Assembly (NCBI RefSeq): GCF_049969415.1
Contig: NZ_JBMFOX010000015.1
Coordinates: 1-29,001, forward strand
Direction of reading: 5' to 3'
Length of the DNA stretch: 29,001 nucleotides
Origin: Candidatus Hadarchaeum sp.
GTDB lineage: Archaea; Hadarchaeota; Hadarchaeia; Hadarchaeales; Hadarchaeaceae
Part shown: one piece after another, positions 1 to 7,889 of the stretch
Numbering within the stretch: the first letter of the stretch is position 1
Layout of the letters: every line of letters begins with the position of its first letter
The notes under the pieces: generated by a model
Database searches by the model: none
Told to the model about the DNA's origin: nothing
What the model saw: only the letters and a program-made list of their open reading frames with translations
Made by a program: the position numbers and the translations under genes

Positions 1-50
1 CTTAGCTTTTGATGATAGGAATATTGGATTAAAATAGTAAAAGTGTTAAC

Positions 51-1796
51 TTGGAAACTTTACTTAACATCCGGCCAGAGGATTTGGCGACGAGGGAAAA
101 AGGCGAAGTCGCCCGGGCAGTTTACCAAAGGGTCAAGGAGAACATCACCAAAAGGATGAAGCGGGAAAGGGAGTACCAGTTGGCCCAAGAGCGAATAAAG
201 CGGGATCAAGAGCACTTTCAGCTGATGATTAATCGGATGCCAATTGGGATGATCCTCTGGGACAGGGATTTTAGGGTCAGGATGTGGAACCCGGCGGCGA
301 CAAGGATCCTAGGTTACACTGAGGAGGAGGCGATGGGCAAACATCCCTACGAGTTCATGGTGCCAAAAGAAGTCCAACCGCAAATAGACAAAGTATGGCG
401 CAGGCTGCTGGAGGGTGATTTGACCGCCCATAGCGTCAACGAGAACATAACTAAGGACGGTCGCGTCATCGTCTGTGAGTGGACGAACACGCCGTTGCGC
501 GGAGCCGACGGGACCGTAATCGGCGTTCTTTCCATGTTCCAGGACGTCACCGAGCGCAGGCGGGCTGAGGAGGAGCTGAAAATAAGCGAGGAGAGATACC
601 GCTCGCTGGTTGAGTACTCGACCGACTCCATCTACATGCTGGACAAGGAGCTGAGGTATCTTTCGGTGAACGAGGAGCTGCTGAGGCGGCTCGGCCTGCC
701 ACGGGAGAAGGTCGTGGGCAGGACCTTCGGGGAGCTTCACACCGCGGAGGAGACGCGGGAGTTCGCGGCCAAGGTGAGGGAGGTCTTCGAGACGGGCCGG
801 CCGGTGCAGCAGGAGCACTACAGTGAACGGCTGGGCAGGTTCTTCCTGAGGACCATCAGCCCGGTTAAGGATGCCAGAACCGGTGAGGTCAAGGCCGTCA
901 GCGTTGTGGGGAAGGACATCACCGAACTCAAGAACATCAAGGAGCGGCTGCAGATGTCCGAGCAACAGCTGCGGAAGATAATTGATTCTTCCCCCGATGT
1001 CATCGCGGCCACGGATTTGGAGGGGAACTTGATCGAATTTAATCAGACTTTGCTGCAGATAACCGGATTGCCCCGAGAGGACGTGATGGGCAGAAAAATT
1101 TGGGATTTCTTGGCACCCGCTGACAGGGAAAGGGCGGAGGAGTTTGCGAAAGCCCTGAAGCAAGGCGCCTTGAAAAACGTGGAGTTCACTCTTTTAACTC
1201 ATGACGGTCGCGCGATCCCGCTTGAAGTTTCTGTGAACGTTATCGCCGGTCCTGCCGAGGAGCCGGTTTCTTTATTGTTCTTGGCCAGAGATATCACCGA
1301 GCGGAAGAACCTTGAGAGGACGTTGCGGGAGTCGATTTACAGCATGTATGGCGTTAGTCGAGGTGAATGTTATCTCATTCAATCTTCAGATACGGCCAGC
1401 AGGCTCTTTTGCCAGCTGGTCCTTCACGGCGTTCCCGGGCTGTGCTTCATCCGAGAACGTCCGGAGAAGTTTCTCCAGTCCGGCATCCCCAAGGAATGTA
1501 TAGTCGTGATGTCTTCGGTGCCGGTAAAGGGGTTTGAGACCATCGACGACCTGCAGAGGGTGAGCCTGAGGATTTCGGAATTCGTCCGGGAGCATCGGGG
1601 TTCGGTGGTCCTCCTCAGCGGGCTGTCGTACTTGGTGAGCCGTGCGGGCTTTGAAAACGTTTTCAAGTTCCTCCAGGAAAAGCGCTTTCTCTTCATGGAG
1701 AACGAGGCGAACCTCCTGATACCGGTTGACCTGAGCACCCTGTCGGAAAAGGAAAGGGCCCTCTTGACCAGCGAGCTTAAGCTGCTGGGCCAATAG
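51..1796 (+). CDS. Multi-PAS/PAC sensor protein with C-terminal DUF835-like domain
   Basis: Three PAS/PAC repeats, each ending in D(I/V)TE (QDVTERR, KDITELK, RDITERK), with WNPAA..ILGY..EE..G-type PAS cores. The C-terminus (GLCFIRERPE...VVLLSGLSYLV...FENVFKFL) resembles archaeal DUF835. No kinase H-box. TTG start is uncertain. Confidence 0.8.
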   Translation: METLLNIRPEDLATREKGEVARAVYQRVKENITKRMKREREYQLAQERIKRDQEHFQLMINRMPIGMILWDRDFRVRMWNPAATRILGYTEEEAMGKHPYEFMVPKEVQPQIDKVWRRLLEGDLTAHSVNENITKDGRVIVCEWTNTPLRGADGTVIGVLSMFQDVTERRRAEEELKISEERYRSLVEYSTDSIYMLDKELRYLSVNEELLRRLGLPREKVVGRTFGELHTAEETREFAAKVREVFETGRPVQQEHYSERLGRFFLRTISPVKDARTGEVKAVSVVGKDITELKNIKERLQMSEQQLRKIIDSSPDVIAATDLEGNLIEFNQTLLQITGLPREDVMGRKIWDFLAPADRERAEEFAKALKQGALKNVEFTLLTHDGRAIPLEVSVNVIAGPAEEPVSLLFLARDITERKNLERTLRESIYSMYGVSRGECYLIQSSDTASRLFCQLVLHGVPGLCFIRERPEKFLQSGIPKECIVVMSSVPVKGFETIDDLQRVSLRISEFVREHRGSVVLLSGLSYLVSRAGFENVFKFLQEKRFLFMENEANLLIPVDLSTLSEKERALLTSELKLLGQ

Positions 1797-2010
1797 TTCG
1801 TCGGCATCATGATGTGCCCGTTTATTAACGGTTATTCGGGCGACTTTACCGCCTCCCCATTCTGCCTGCGCCTTAGCTATCCACGTGATGAGTTTACCCC
1901 TTTTAATGGCAGGTGCGGACCCTCCGTCTTGGTGAAGAGATTCGGCGTGGGGATGTAAGCGCTGCCGCACGTCCGGCCCTGCCAGCTTTTTCGTCATTTT
2001 TCGAAAATCC

Positions 2011-2018
2011 TATTTAAA
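2011..2018 (+). promoter_or_regulatory. TATA box (TATTTAAA), possibly bidirectional
   Basis: AT-rich box about 30 nt upstream of ATG 2047, preceded by a purine-rich GAAAAT. It reads TTTAAATA on the minus strand. Confidence 0.55.
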
Positions 2019-2046
2019 GAGCTCTCCAAGAGAACTCTGGGCCGAG

Positions 2047-2688
2047 ATGAGGAAAATCGACCGCGTTTACCGGGAGATCCTGCACCGCTTCTACTCCAAA
2101 GGTGAGCGGTTCTTCAACCAGAAGCAGCTCTCCGAGACCTGCCGCATCTCGCTGGGCACGATAAACCCCTTCATCAACAGGCTGGAGACGATCGGGGCGA
2201 TCGAGCGCAAGCCGCAGGGATTCCGGCTCATCGACCCCTGGCGCGCCCTGATCAGCTGGGCGGTCACCCGCGATCTCGCCAAGGACATCACCTACACCAC
2301 CTTCGTCCCGACCACCCACTGGGAGCTCGAGAGCAAGCTGCCGCGGGGATCGGTCCTCACCGCCTACTCCGGCTTCCGCGTCCGCCTAGGCTCGACCCCG
2401 GCGGAGTACAGCCAGGTCTTCGTCTATGCGGATGAGGAGGAGATGCGGCGGGCCTTCAGGCCCACGATGCGGGAGCGGCGCAACCTGATCGTGCTGCAGC
2501 CGGACGAGCACCTGAGGCGGCTGAGCGGCGATGGCGTGGCGCCCCTGGTCCAGATATACGTCGACCTCTGGCAGCTGGGGAGGCCGGCGAGCCGGTTCGT
2601 GGAGGCGCTGGAGAGGGAGCTTTCCCCTGCACCAACCCGCGCGCTTGGCGAGGTGGCAGCCGCGTTTCAGGGTAAAAAGCAGGTCTAG
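2047..2688 (+). CDS. Winged-helix transcriptional regulator, AbiEi-antitoxin-like C-terminal domain
   Basis: N-terminal wHTH (FNQKQLSETCRISLGTINPFINRLETIGAI). The C-terminal LTAYSG...VFVY...APLVQIYVDLW pattern resembles AbiEi-like archaeal regulators. Confidence 0.65.
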   Translation: MRKIDRVYREILHRFYSKGERFFNQKQLSETCRISLGTINPFINRLETIGAIERKPQGFRLIDPWRALISWAVTRDLAKDITYTTFVPTTHWELESKLPRGSVLTAYSGFRVRLGSTPAEYSQVFVYADEEEMRRAFRPTMRERRNLIVLQPDEHLRRLSGDGVAPLVQIYVDLWQLGRPASRFVEALERELSPAPTRALGEVAAAFQGKKQV

Positions 2689-2891
2689 CGTCAGTTACTG
2701 CCGTTGGAGTAGCTAAGCTTTATCTTTGAAAGCGCCTGTTTCCCGATCAAAGCCTTTCGCAGTAGTCTTGGAAGCCCGAACGCGTTTCGGAAATCTCCCA
2801 ATTGCTTTATGGGCGGGGTGTGGCTCATCGTCTGCCCGATTTCACTCGATGCCTGCTCGCGAGAATGGCTGCCGGAAAAAACTGCGGTAGA

Positions 2892-2899
2892 TTTAAATA
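2892..2899 (+). promoter_or_regulatory. TATA box TTTAAATA for the surface-protein gene
   Basis: Lies about 32 nt upstream of ATG 2931; GAGGAG RBS immediately precedes the start. Confidence 0.55.
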
Positions 2900-2930
2900 T
2901 CAACCATAATTAATCGAAATTCGAGGAGAC

Positions 2931-4262
2931 ATGATTTTTAGAAAAGTTGTCCGTTGTGTGCTGATTTTACTCAGCCTATCGATCTTACTGTCTCCGCTGG
3001 CTTCCGCGGGCTTGTTGAACCCAATCCAGCCGAAGCCGCCGAAGCTCCCGATTAAGCCTTTTCCTCCCTTGCCACCACTCCCCCCGGTTAACATCAATTT
3101 GGTTAATCCTGGTGAGGGGGCGGAAATCCACGACAACACGGTGGTCTTTGAGTGGGAGAACGCCGCCGATTTTTCTGCGGGTTTTGGAGGTTATGAAGTC
3201 GTGATAGATTCTTACGACGGCGGCAATTGGGTATCTATCGTCGTGGAAAACACGGGAGATTGTAAGACGACCACTGCCGAGCTCTCCGATGGTCTCTACA
3301 GGTGGGGAGTTCAGGTTTATCAGAATGGCAACGTAACCGGCTGGTCGGATGTCCGCTATTTCAGTATTGACACCGTTCCCGGGTTGGCCGGCGACATCAC
3401 CGTTTCGACGACCACCGATGCAGCGACGATATCTTGGAAGACGGACAAACCCGCGATCGGTTTGCTGGAGTACGGACCCCAGAGCGCGTTTGAATCAACC
3501 GTGGGAGAGGCGAGTTTTACAACCGACCATTCCATAACCATCACCGGGCTGTCTCCGGCCACCAGGTATTCCGTCAGAATCAGGTCTTTGGGGAAGAATG
3601 GAATTGAAAACATTTTATCGTTGGTTGAGTTTACAACCCGCCCCGAGGTCAGCCCTGCCTTGACCTATACCAAAATGCCGGGAGAAAAGGTGAGCCTGAT
3701 CAGGAACACCGAGGTCACGATAAACGTCTCCCATCCGGTGATCTCAAAGCTGGTGCTCGTTTCCGGCGAGAATCTGTACGATGTAAATTTTTATATCGAG
3801 GAGTCGGCCTTGCCTCTTGGACCCGATTACGTCCAGATTTCCCAGTATGACATAAGAATTAGATCCGGTGTAGCCGGATTTGTGGAGTTTAGGGTTGGCA
3901 CGGAATGGTTGGAGAGGCAAGACATTGAGGAGGTGTGCCTTATCCACTATGTCAACGGCTCTTGGGTGAGGTTGAACACAGATTTGGTCAAAGTCGATGG
4001 ACCCTATGTCTATTGCTCGGCCTACACCGAATCCTTTTCACCCTTTGCGATAGTGGGGACGGTGGTGGCCCCAAACAACGGGCCGACGCTGGGGGGAAAT
4101 GTTTCGGCATCTGTGGCATCCGTGGAATCCCCTAGGGACGAAACCGCCGCGATGCTGGTGACGATTGGTGGGTCAGGTGCAATAGTTATCTTGATCGTGG
4201 AGCTCTTGAGGCCGTATCTCATAAGGCCGAGGAGAAAAGAAAAACACCCGAAGACCGCTTAA
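2931..4262 (+). CDS. Secreted/surface protein: signal peptide, Pro-rich linker, Ig/FnIII-like domains, PGF-pre-PGF-like domain, C-terminal TM anchor
   Basis: Basic plus hydrophobic N-terminal signal, then PKPPKLPIKPFPPLPPLPP. FnIII motif (ATISWKTD...HSITITGLSPATRYSVRI). VEFRV..EW...W..L.T......Y.AYTESFSPFAI matches the PGF-pre-PGF pattern. Ends in a TM helix and basic tail. Confidence 0.7.
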   Translation: MIFRKVVRCVLILLSLSILLSPLASAGLLNPIQPKPPKLPIKPFPPLPPLPPVNINLVNPGEGAEIHDNTVVFEWENAADFSAGFGGYEVVIDSYDGGNWVSIVVENTGDCKTTTAELSDGLYRWGVQVYQNGNVTGWSDVRYFSIDTVPGLAGDITVSTTTDAATISWKTDKPAIGLLEYGPQSAFESTVGEASFTTDHSITITGLSPATRYSVRIRSLGKNGIENILSLVEFTTRPEVSPALTYTKMPGEKVSLIRNTEVTINVSHPVISKLVLVSGENLYDVNFYIEESALPLGPDYVQISQYDIRIRSGVAGFVEFRVGTEWLERQDIEEVCLIHYVNGSWVRLNTDLVKVDGPYVYCSAYTESFSPFAIVGTVVAPNNGPTLGGNVSASVASVESPRDETAAMLVTIGGSGAIVILIVELLRPYLIRPRRKEKHPKTA

Positions 4263-4332
4263 ATGTCAATCTGCCAGTGTAAAGGTACTTGATAAACTGT
4301 GATTGCCCCGGATCCACGACAGCCCAAGTAGA

Positions 4333-4938
4333 CTATTGTTTTTGCAGCCACCTCAAATCTTCAAAATAGGGCCATCTCCAAGGTGTTCGTTTTTCCGTTT
4401 TGGTCAGCGAATCTAAGACCGCATCGGCGAGCACTTTGGGCAGCTCTATCCGGTTTTCCTGGGTGACGGCGTAGATTTTGACATCGGCGCGGGACTTGAC
4501 TTCGCCGATGAAGCCCGTCGTGGTCCGCTGGTGGATCACCGCCAGCAGCGGCTTCGGCGAGTCCAGGGCGGAGAGGACCGCCCGCCGGAAGCCCATGCTG
4601 TGGAGTTCCATCGGGGCGATCTCATCGATGACCACGAGGTCGGCTTCCCGCAGGGCGCGCCCGATCGCCGCCTGGCTCAGCTCGTCCACGTTGCTCACGT
4701 TGACGCGGTACCTGCTGACCTGCGGGCCCACGGGCTGGTCCACGTGCGCTAGGATCCGCTCCTCACCCGTCATCAGGTCGATCATCTTGAAGCCGACGCG
4801 GATGCCACGTTCTCTGATCTCTGGGCAGTAGATACCGCCGGCCCTGAGGCCGCGCTCGCGCAGGAGGGCAACGGCGCGCTCGACGACCGTGGTCTTGCCG
4901 CTGCTGGGAGGGCCGGTGACGAGGAAGTTGTTGGGCAT
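4333..4938 (-). CDS. Nucleoside triphosphatase, THEP1/NTPase_1 family
   Basis: Walker A GPPSSGKTT, GGIYCPEIRERGIRVGF, and Walker B VVIDEIAPMEL. Confidence 0.9.
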   Translation of the reverse strand: MPNNFLVTGPPSSGKTTVVERAVALLRERGLRAGGIYCPEIRERGIRVGFKMIDLMTGEERILAHVDQPVGPQVSRYRVNVSNVDELSQAAIGRALREADLVVIDEIAPMELHSMGFRRAVLSALDSPKPLLAVIHQRTTTGFIGEVKSRADVKIYAVTQENRIELPKVLADAVLDSLTKTEKRTPWRWPYFEDLRWLQKQ

Positions 4939-4999
4939 GCGATATCAATTCTAGTTGGGGTGAAGCTTAATTAACGCGGTTGCGGTTCGGCTGCCCGCA

Positions 5000-5015
5000 G
5001 TGCACGGCCGTGAAC
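5000..5015. repeat. 16-bp near-palindrome GTGCACGGCCGTGAAC, copy 1
   Basis: Identical to 5325-5340 and 15/16 identical to 5263-5278. Confidence 0.9.
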
Positions 5016-5031
5016 ACCTGCAGAACAAAAC

Positions 5032-5247
5032 CTAACTTTCGATTTTGAACTCATACCAGGTGAATTCGCGTCCCTCGAATTCCTCCAGCAGTTCACTGAA
5101 TGCAAACGCGTGCCCCTGATCCACGAGATAGACAGAGCCGCCAACCTTGTTCCAACTTTTCTCCGGAAGACTGGTGAGAAGGCGCTTGAGTTTGACATAA
5201 AACCAGCGTTTTTTCCTCGACCTGTCCCAGATTTCCCAGGTGAACAA
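5032..5247 (-). CDS. Small hypothetical protein, Cas2/VapD/PaaX-middle-domain-like ferredoxin fold (start uncertain; may be a pseudogene)
   Basis: The pattern FTWEI...RKKRWFYVKLKRLL...KVGGSVYLV...FSELLEEF resembles Cas2-like YDI...R..K.L...Q.SVF. TTG start. An upstream in-frame GTG at 5280 is interrupted by TGA at 5256-5254. Confidence 0.5.
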   Translation of the reverse strand: MFTWEIWDRSRKKRWFYVKLKRLLTSLPEKSWNKVGGSVYLVDQGHAFAFSELLEEFEGREFTWYEFKIES

Positions 5248-5262
5248 AAGCCATCAGGACCT

Positions 5263-5278
5263 ATGCACGGCCGTGAAC
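5263..5278. repeat. 16-bp near-palindrome ATGCACGGCCGTGAAC, copy 2
   Basis: Shares the 18-mer TGCACGGCCGTGAACACC with copy 1. Confidence 0.9.
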
Positions 5279-5324
5279 ACCCCCCATGAAGCCGTTGAAC
5301 TTTTCCATCTTTTAAGAAGGCAGA

Positions 5325-5340
5325 GTGCACGGCCGTGAAC
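5325..5340. repeat. 16-bp near-palindrome GTGCACGGCCGTGAAC, copy 3
   Basis: Shares the 17-mer AGTGCACGGCCGTGAAC with copy 1. Confidence 0.9.
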
Positions 5341-5389
5341 TGTTCCCGCGCAGTCAGCCGTGAAGAGGTCGGGGGAGAACTCCGACCGG

Positions 5390-6505
5390 TTAGACCCGCG
5401 CCACCAGGATGACGTCCTTGATCGAGGTCTCCTGAAACTCGTACTCCGCGATCAGCCGCCCGATCTCGTCGGGGACCTCCACCACGTAGATCACCTGGAG
5501 CGGATAGTGGCCGAGGTTGGCCTCGAGGCCGCGCCGCACGACCTCAGCCCCGTAGCCCTCCCAGTCGACGTTCTCCGCCCCCTCGCCGCCCGCGGAGAGC
5601 GCCTTGATCGTCTCCCAAATGTCGGTGGAATACGAGTCCATATTCTCCCTTTCCGAGAGGACCCAGGCAATGCGGGCAACGTCTGTCTGCGAGTACACCA
5701 CGGCTCGAACCACCGCGTTGGACCACAGGTTCTCCATGACCCCGGTGACGAGGTCGTAGACGTAGATGTTGACCCTCGTCCCGGCCGTGAGCGTCGGCGT
5801 CCTCTGGAAGGTGTCCAGGACCGGCACCTCAACCGTGCCGTACCCCTCGAACTTCAGCTCCCGCAGCCCCTCCCAGCCCAGCCCGGCGATGTACCTCCGA
5901 GCTTCCTCCTTGGCCAGGTAGCCGCCGGAGTTCGCCCCGCCGTTGAGCATGGCCACGTTGTCGCCCAGTTTGCCCAGCTCCCCGGTGTGCAGGTTCCTCC
6001 AGATCACGGTCGCCCTTTCGTTGATCTCCGCCCGGCAGGCCTCAAGCTCGGCTAGGGTGGTCCGGGCGTTGACCTCGGCCAGCATCGTTTCTCTGAACTC
6101 GGCCAGCTCCGGCGCGGCCATCCTCCCGTCGCCTCCATCCGCCGAGTAGTAGCTGCCCTCAGCGGCAGCGGCCACCAGATCCAGCAGCTCCCTCCTCAGC
6201 TGCTCCACCCGGATCCCCGCGTTCACCTCAACTAGGATCGCCTGCACCTCGGCGACCGAGTTCGCCCCCTGGAGGCGGGAGGAGCAGTCGAGGGCCTTGC
6301 GGACGGCCGCCTCGGTCCCGAGCGACATCAGCGAGTTGATCCGGTCAAGAACCACCAGCCTGGAGGCCGCCAGCTCCTCGGCGGCGGGCTCGGCGACGAG
6401 AAAATAGTAGACCCCGAAGGCCACCAGCCCGATGACCAGGAACACGACTGCGCCCCCGACAATGGGCCGGGCATCAATCTTCCTCACGATGGGACCACCA
6501 ACCAA
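5390..6505 (-). CDS. Membrane-anchored DUF515-like protein (archaeal pilus-associated; CpaB/RcpC-like C-terminal part)
   Basis: N-terminal TM helix, long helical region, then VEVPV......L.AG.RVNIY. Family assigned from memory of the motif pattern. Start uncertain. Confidence 0.5.
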   Translation of the reverse strand: MVGGPIVRKIDARPIVGGAVVFLVIGLVAFGVYYFLVAEPAAEELAASRLVVLDRINSLMSLGTEAAVRKALDCSSRLQGANSVAEVQAILVEVNAGIRVEQLRRELLDLVAAAAEGSYYSADGGDGRMAAPELAEFRETMLAEVNARTTLAELEACRAEINERATVIWRNLHTGELGKLGDNVAMLNGGANSGGYLAKEEARRYIAGLGWEGLRELKFEGYGTVEVPVLDTFQRTPTLTAGTRVNIYVYDLVTGVMENLWSNAVVRAVVYSQTDVARIAWVLSERENMDSYSTDIWETIKALSAGGEGAENVDWEGYGAEVVRRGLEANLGHYPLQVIYVVEVPDEIGRLIAEYEFQETSIKDVILVARV

Positions 6506-6547
6506 AGGTAGTTGAATGATGAGGGATATTTAAAATCTGAGTTTCGG

Positions 6548-7261
6548 ATGGACAAACAATCCCTGCGGGAGAGGGTCTGGCGGGAGCTCGAGGCCAGCGG
6601 GGCAGCGGCTTTCCCCAAGCCGATCAGGGGCCGGATCCCCAGCTTCGTGGGCAGCCGGGAGGCGGCGCGACAGCTGGGTTCATTGCCAGAATATCTCTCG
6701 GCAGAGGTGATCTTCGTCAACCCCGACGCCGCGCAGCTGCCCGTCAGGGAGATGGCGCTGCGGGACGGAAAGCGGCTGCTGATGGCAACGCCCAAGCTGA
6801 GGCACGGCTTCCTCCTCATCGAACCGGCCGAGGTTGTTGATTTTGGGCAGGCGGCCACCATCCGCGGCGCCTTCGGGCAGGGCAAAATGGTGAGCCCTAA
6901 GGAGATTAAGGTGGACTTGATCGTGGAGGGCTCGGTGGCGGTGGATAGAAGAGGCGGCAGGCTGGGAAAGGGCGGCGGCTATGGGGACCTGGAGTTCGCC
7001 ATCCTGCGCGAGCTGGGCGCGGTCAGCGAGACGACGCCGATAGCGACCACGGTCCACCCGCTGCAGATCGTGGAAGAGGTCCCGATGACGGTGCACGATG
7101 TCCCCGTCGACTACATCTTGAACCCAGACCAGGTCATCAGAACGGCGCGCGGTTACCCCCGGCCCCAGGGAATAGACTGGGACCTCCTGCCCCCCGATGC
7201 CCTTAAGCGGATGCCGCTCCTTGCAGAATTGAGGCGAGAGCATGATCATGGGAGCCGATGA
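6548..7261 (+). CDS. 5-formyltetrahydrofolate cyclo-ligase family protein (MTHFSD-like)
   Basis: K..LRERVW, FPKPIRGRIPSF, VNPD..Q, GSVAVD..G.RLGKGGGYGDLE and HDVPVD. ATG 6548 follows the TATA-like ATTTAAA near 6528. Confidence 0.88.
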   Translation: MDKQSLRERVWRELEASGAAAFPKPIRGRIPSFVGSREAARQLGSLPEYLSAEVIFVNPDAAQLPVREMALRDGKRLLMATPKLRHGFLLIEPAEVVDFGQAATIRGAFGQGKMVSPKEIKVDLIVEGSVAVDRRGGRLGKGGGYGDLEFAILRELGAVSETTPIATTVHPLQIVEEVPMTVHDVPVDYILNPDQVIRTARGYPRPQGIDWDLLPPDALKRMPLLAELRREHDHGSR

Positions 7262-7889
7262 GGCGGGCCGGGGACCGGTGCTCGGCAACATGGTGCTCTG
7301 CGGCGCCCTCTTCGACCCCAGGACGCTGGAGGAGCTGAGGTCGATCGGCGTCCGGGACTCGAAGCAGCTCAGCCCCCGGCGGCGGGAGGAGCTGGCCAGG
7401 GTCATCGCCGCGAAGGCCCGCGGTCTGGTGATCGTCGAGTTAACCCCCGCAGAGATAGACGACTGCCGCCTGGTGAAAAAGGTCAACCTCAACGAGCTCG
7501 AGGCGAGGACATTTGCCGGGATGATCGACCGCCTCCGGCCCGAGGTCGTCTACCTGGACTCGCCCGACCCCAACCCGAAGCTCTTCGAGCAGCGGGTGAG
7601 AAAATACCTCAGCACCAGCCCGCGGATAGTTGTCGAGAACTTCGCCGACTGCAAATACCCCGCCGTGGCCGCGGCCTCGATCGTCGCCAAGGTGCGGCGG
7701 GACCAGTGCATAGCCGAGCTGCGCCGCCGCTACGGTGACCTGGGCTCGGGATATCCCGCCGACCCCGTCACCATCTCCTTCCTGAGGAACTGGGTCCGGG
7801 AGCACGGCCGCCTGCCCGACTTCGTCCGCAGGTCCTGGGAGACCGCGCGGAGAATAGAGGAGGAGCTGAGGCAGGGCCGGCTGGGCTAG
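7242..7889 (+). CDS. rnhB: Ribonuclease HII
   Basis: GADEAGRGPVLG, GVRDSKQL, AAASIVAKV.RD, GSGYPADP and VRRSW.T. Confidence 0.97.
   Translation: MIMGADEAGRGPVLGNMVLCGALFDPRTLEELRSIGVRDSKQLSPRRREELARVIAAKARGLVIVELTPAEIDDCRLVKKVNLNELEARTFAGMIDRLRPEVVYLDSPDPNPKLFEQRVRKYLSTSPRIVVENFADCKYPAVAAASIVAKVRRDQCIAELRRRYGDLGSGYPADPVTISFLRNWVREHGRLPDFVRRSWETARRIEEELRQGRLG

Noticed and set aside
1907-1984. tRNA (about 77 nt, paired ends, terminal CCA)
   Set aside because: No T-loop GTTCRA, no D-loop pattern and no cloverleaf on either strand.
1386-1997. 203-aa minus-strand ORF
   Set aside because: Mostly antisense to the PAS gene and shows no recognisable domain.
2811-2838. Hairpin GGGCGG...CTGCCC upstream of the surface-protein promoter
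   Set aside because: A single wobble-rich stem with no T-tract or repeat support.
5000-5340. Mini-CRISPR array
   Set aside because: Repeats are only 16-18 bp, the gaps are unequal (247 and 46 nt), one gap holds an ORF, and there is no cas1.
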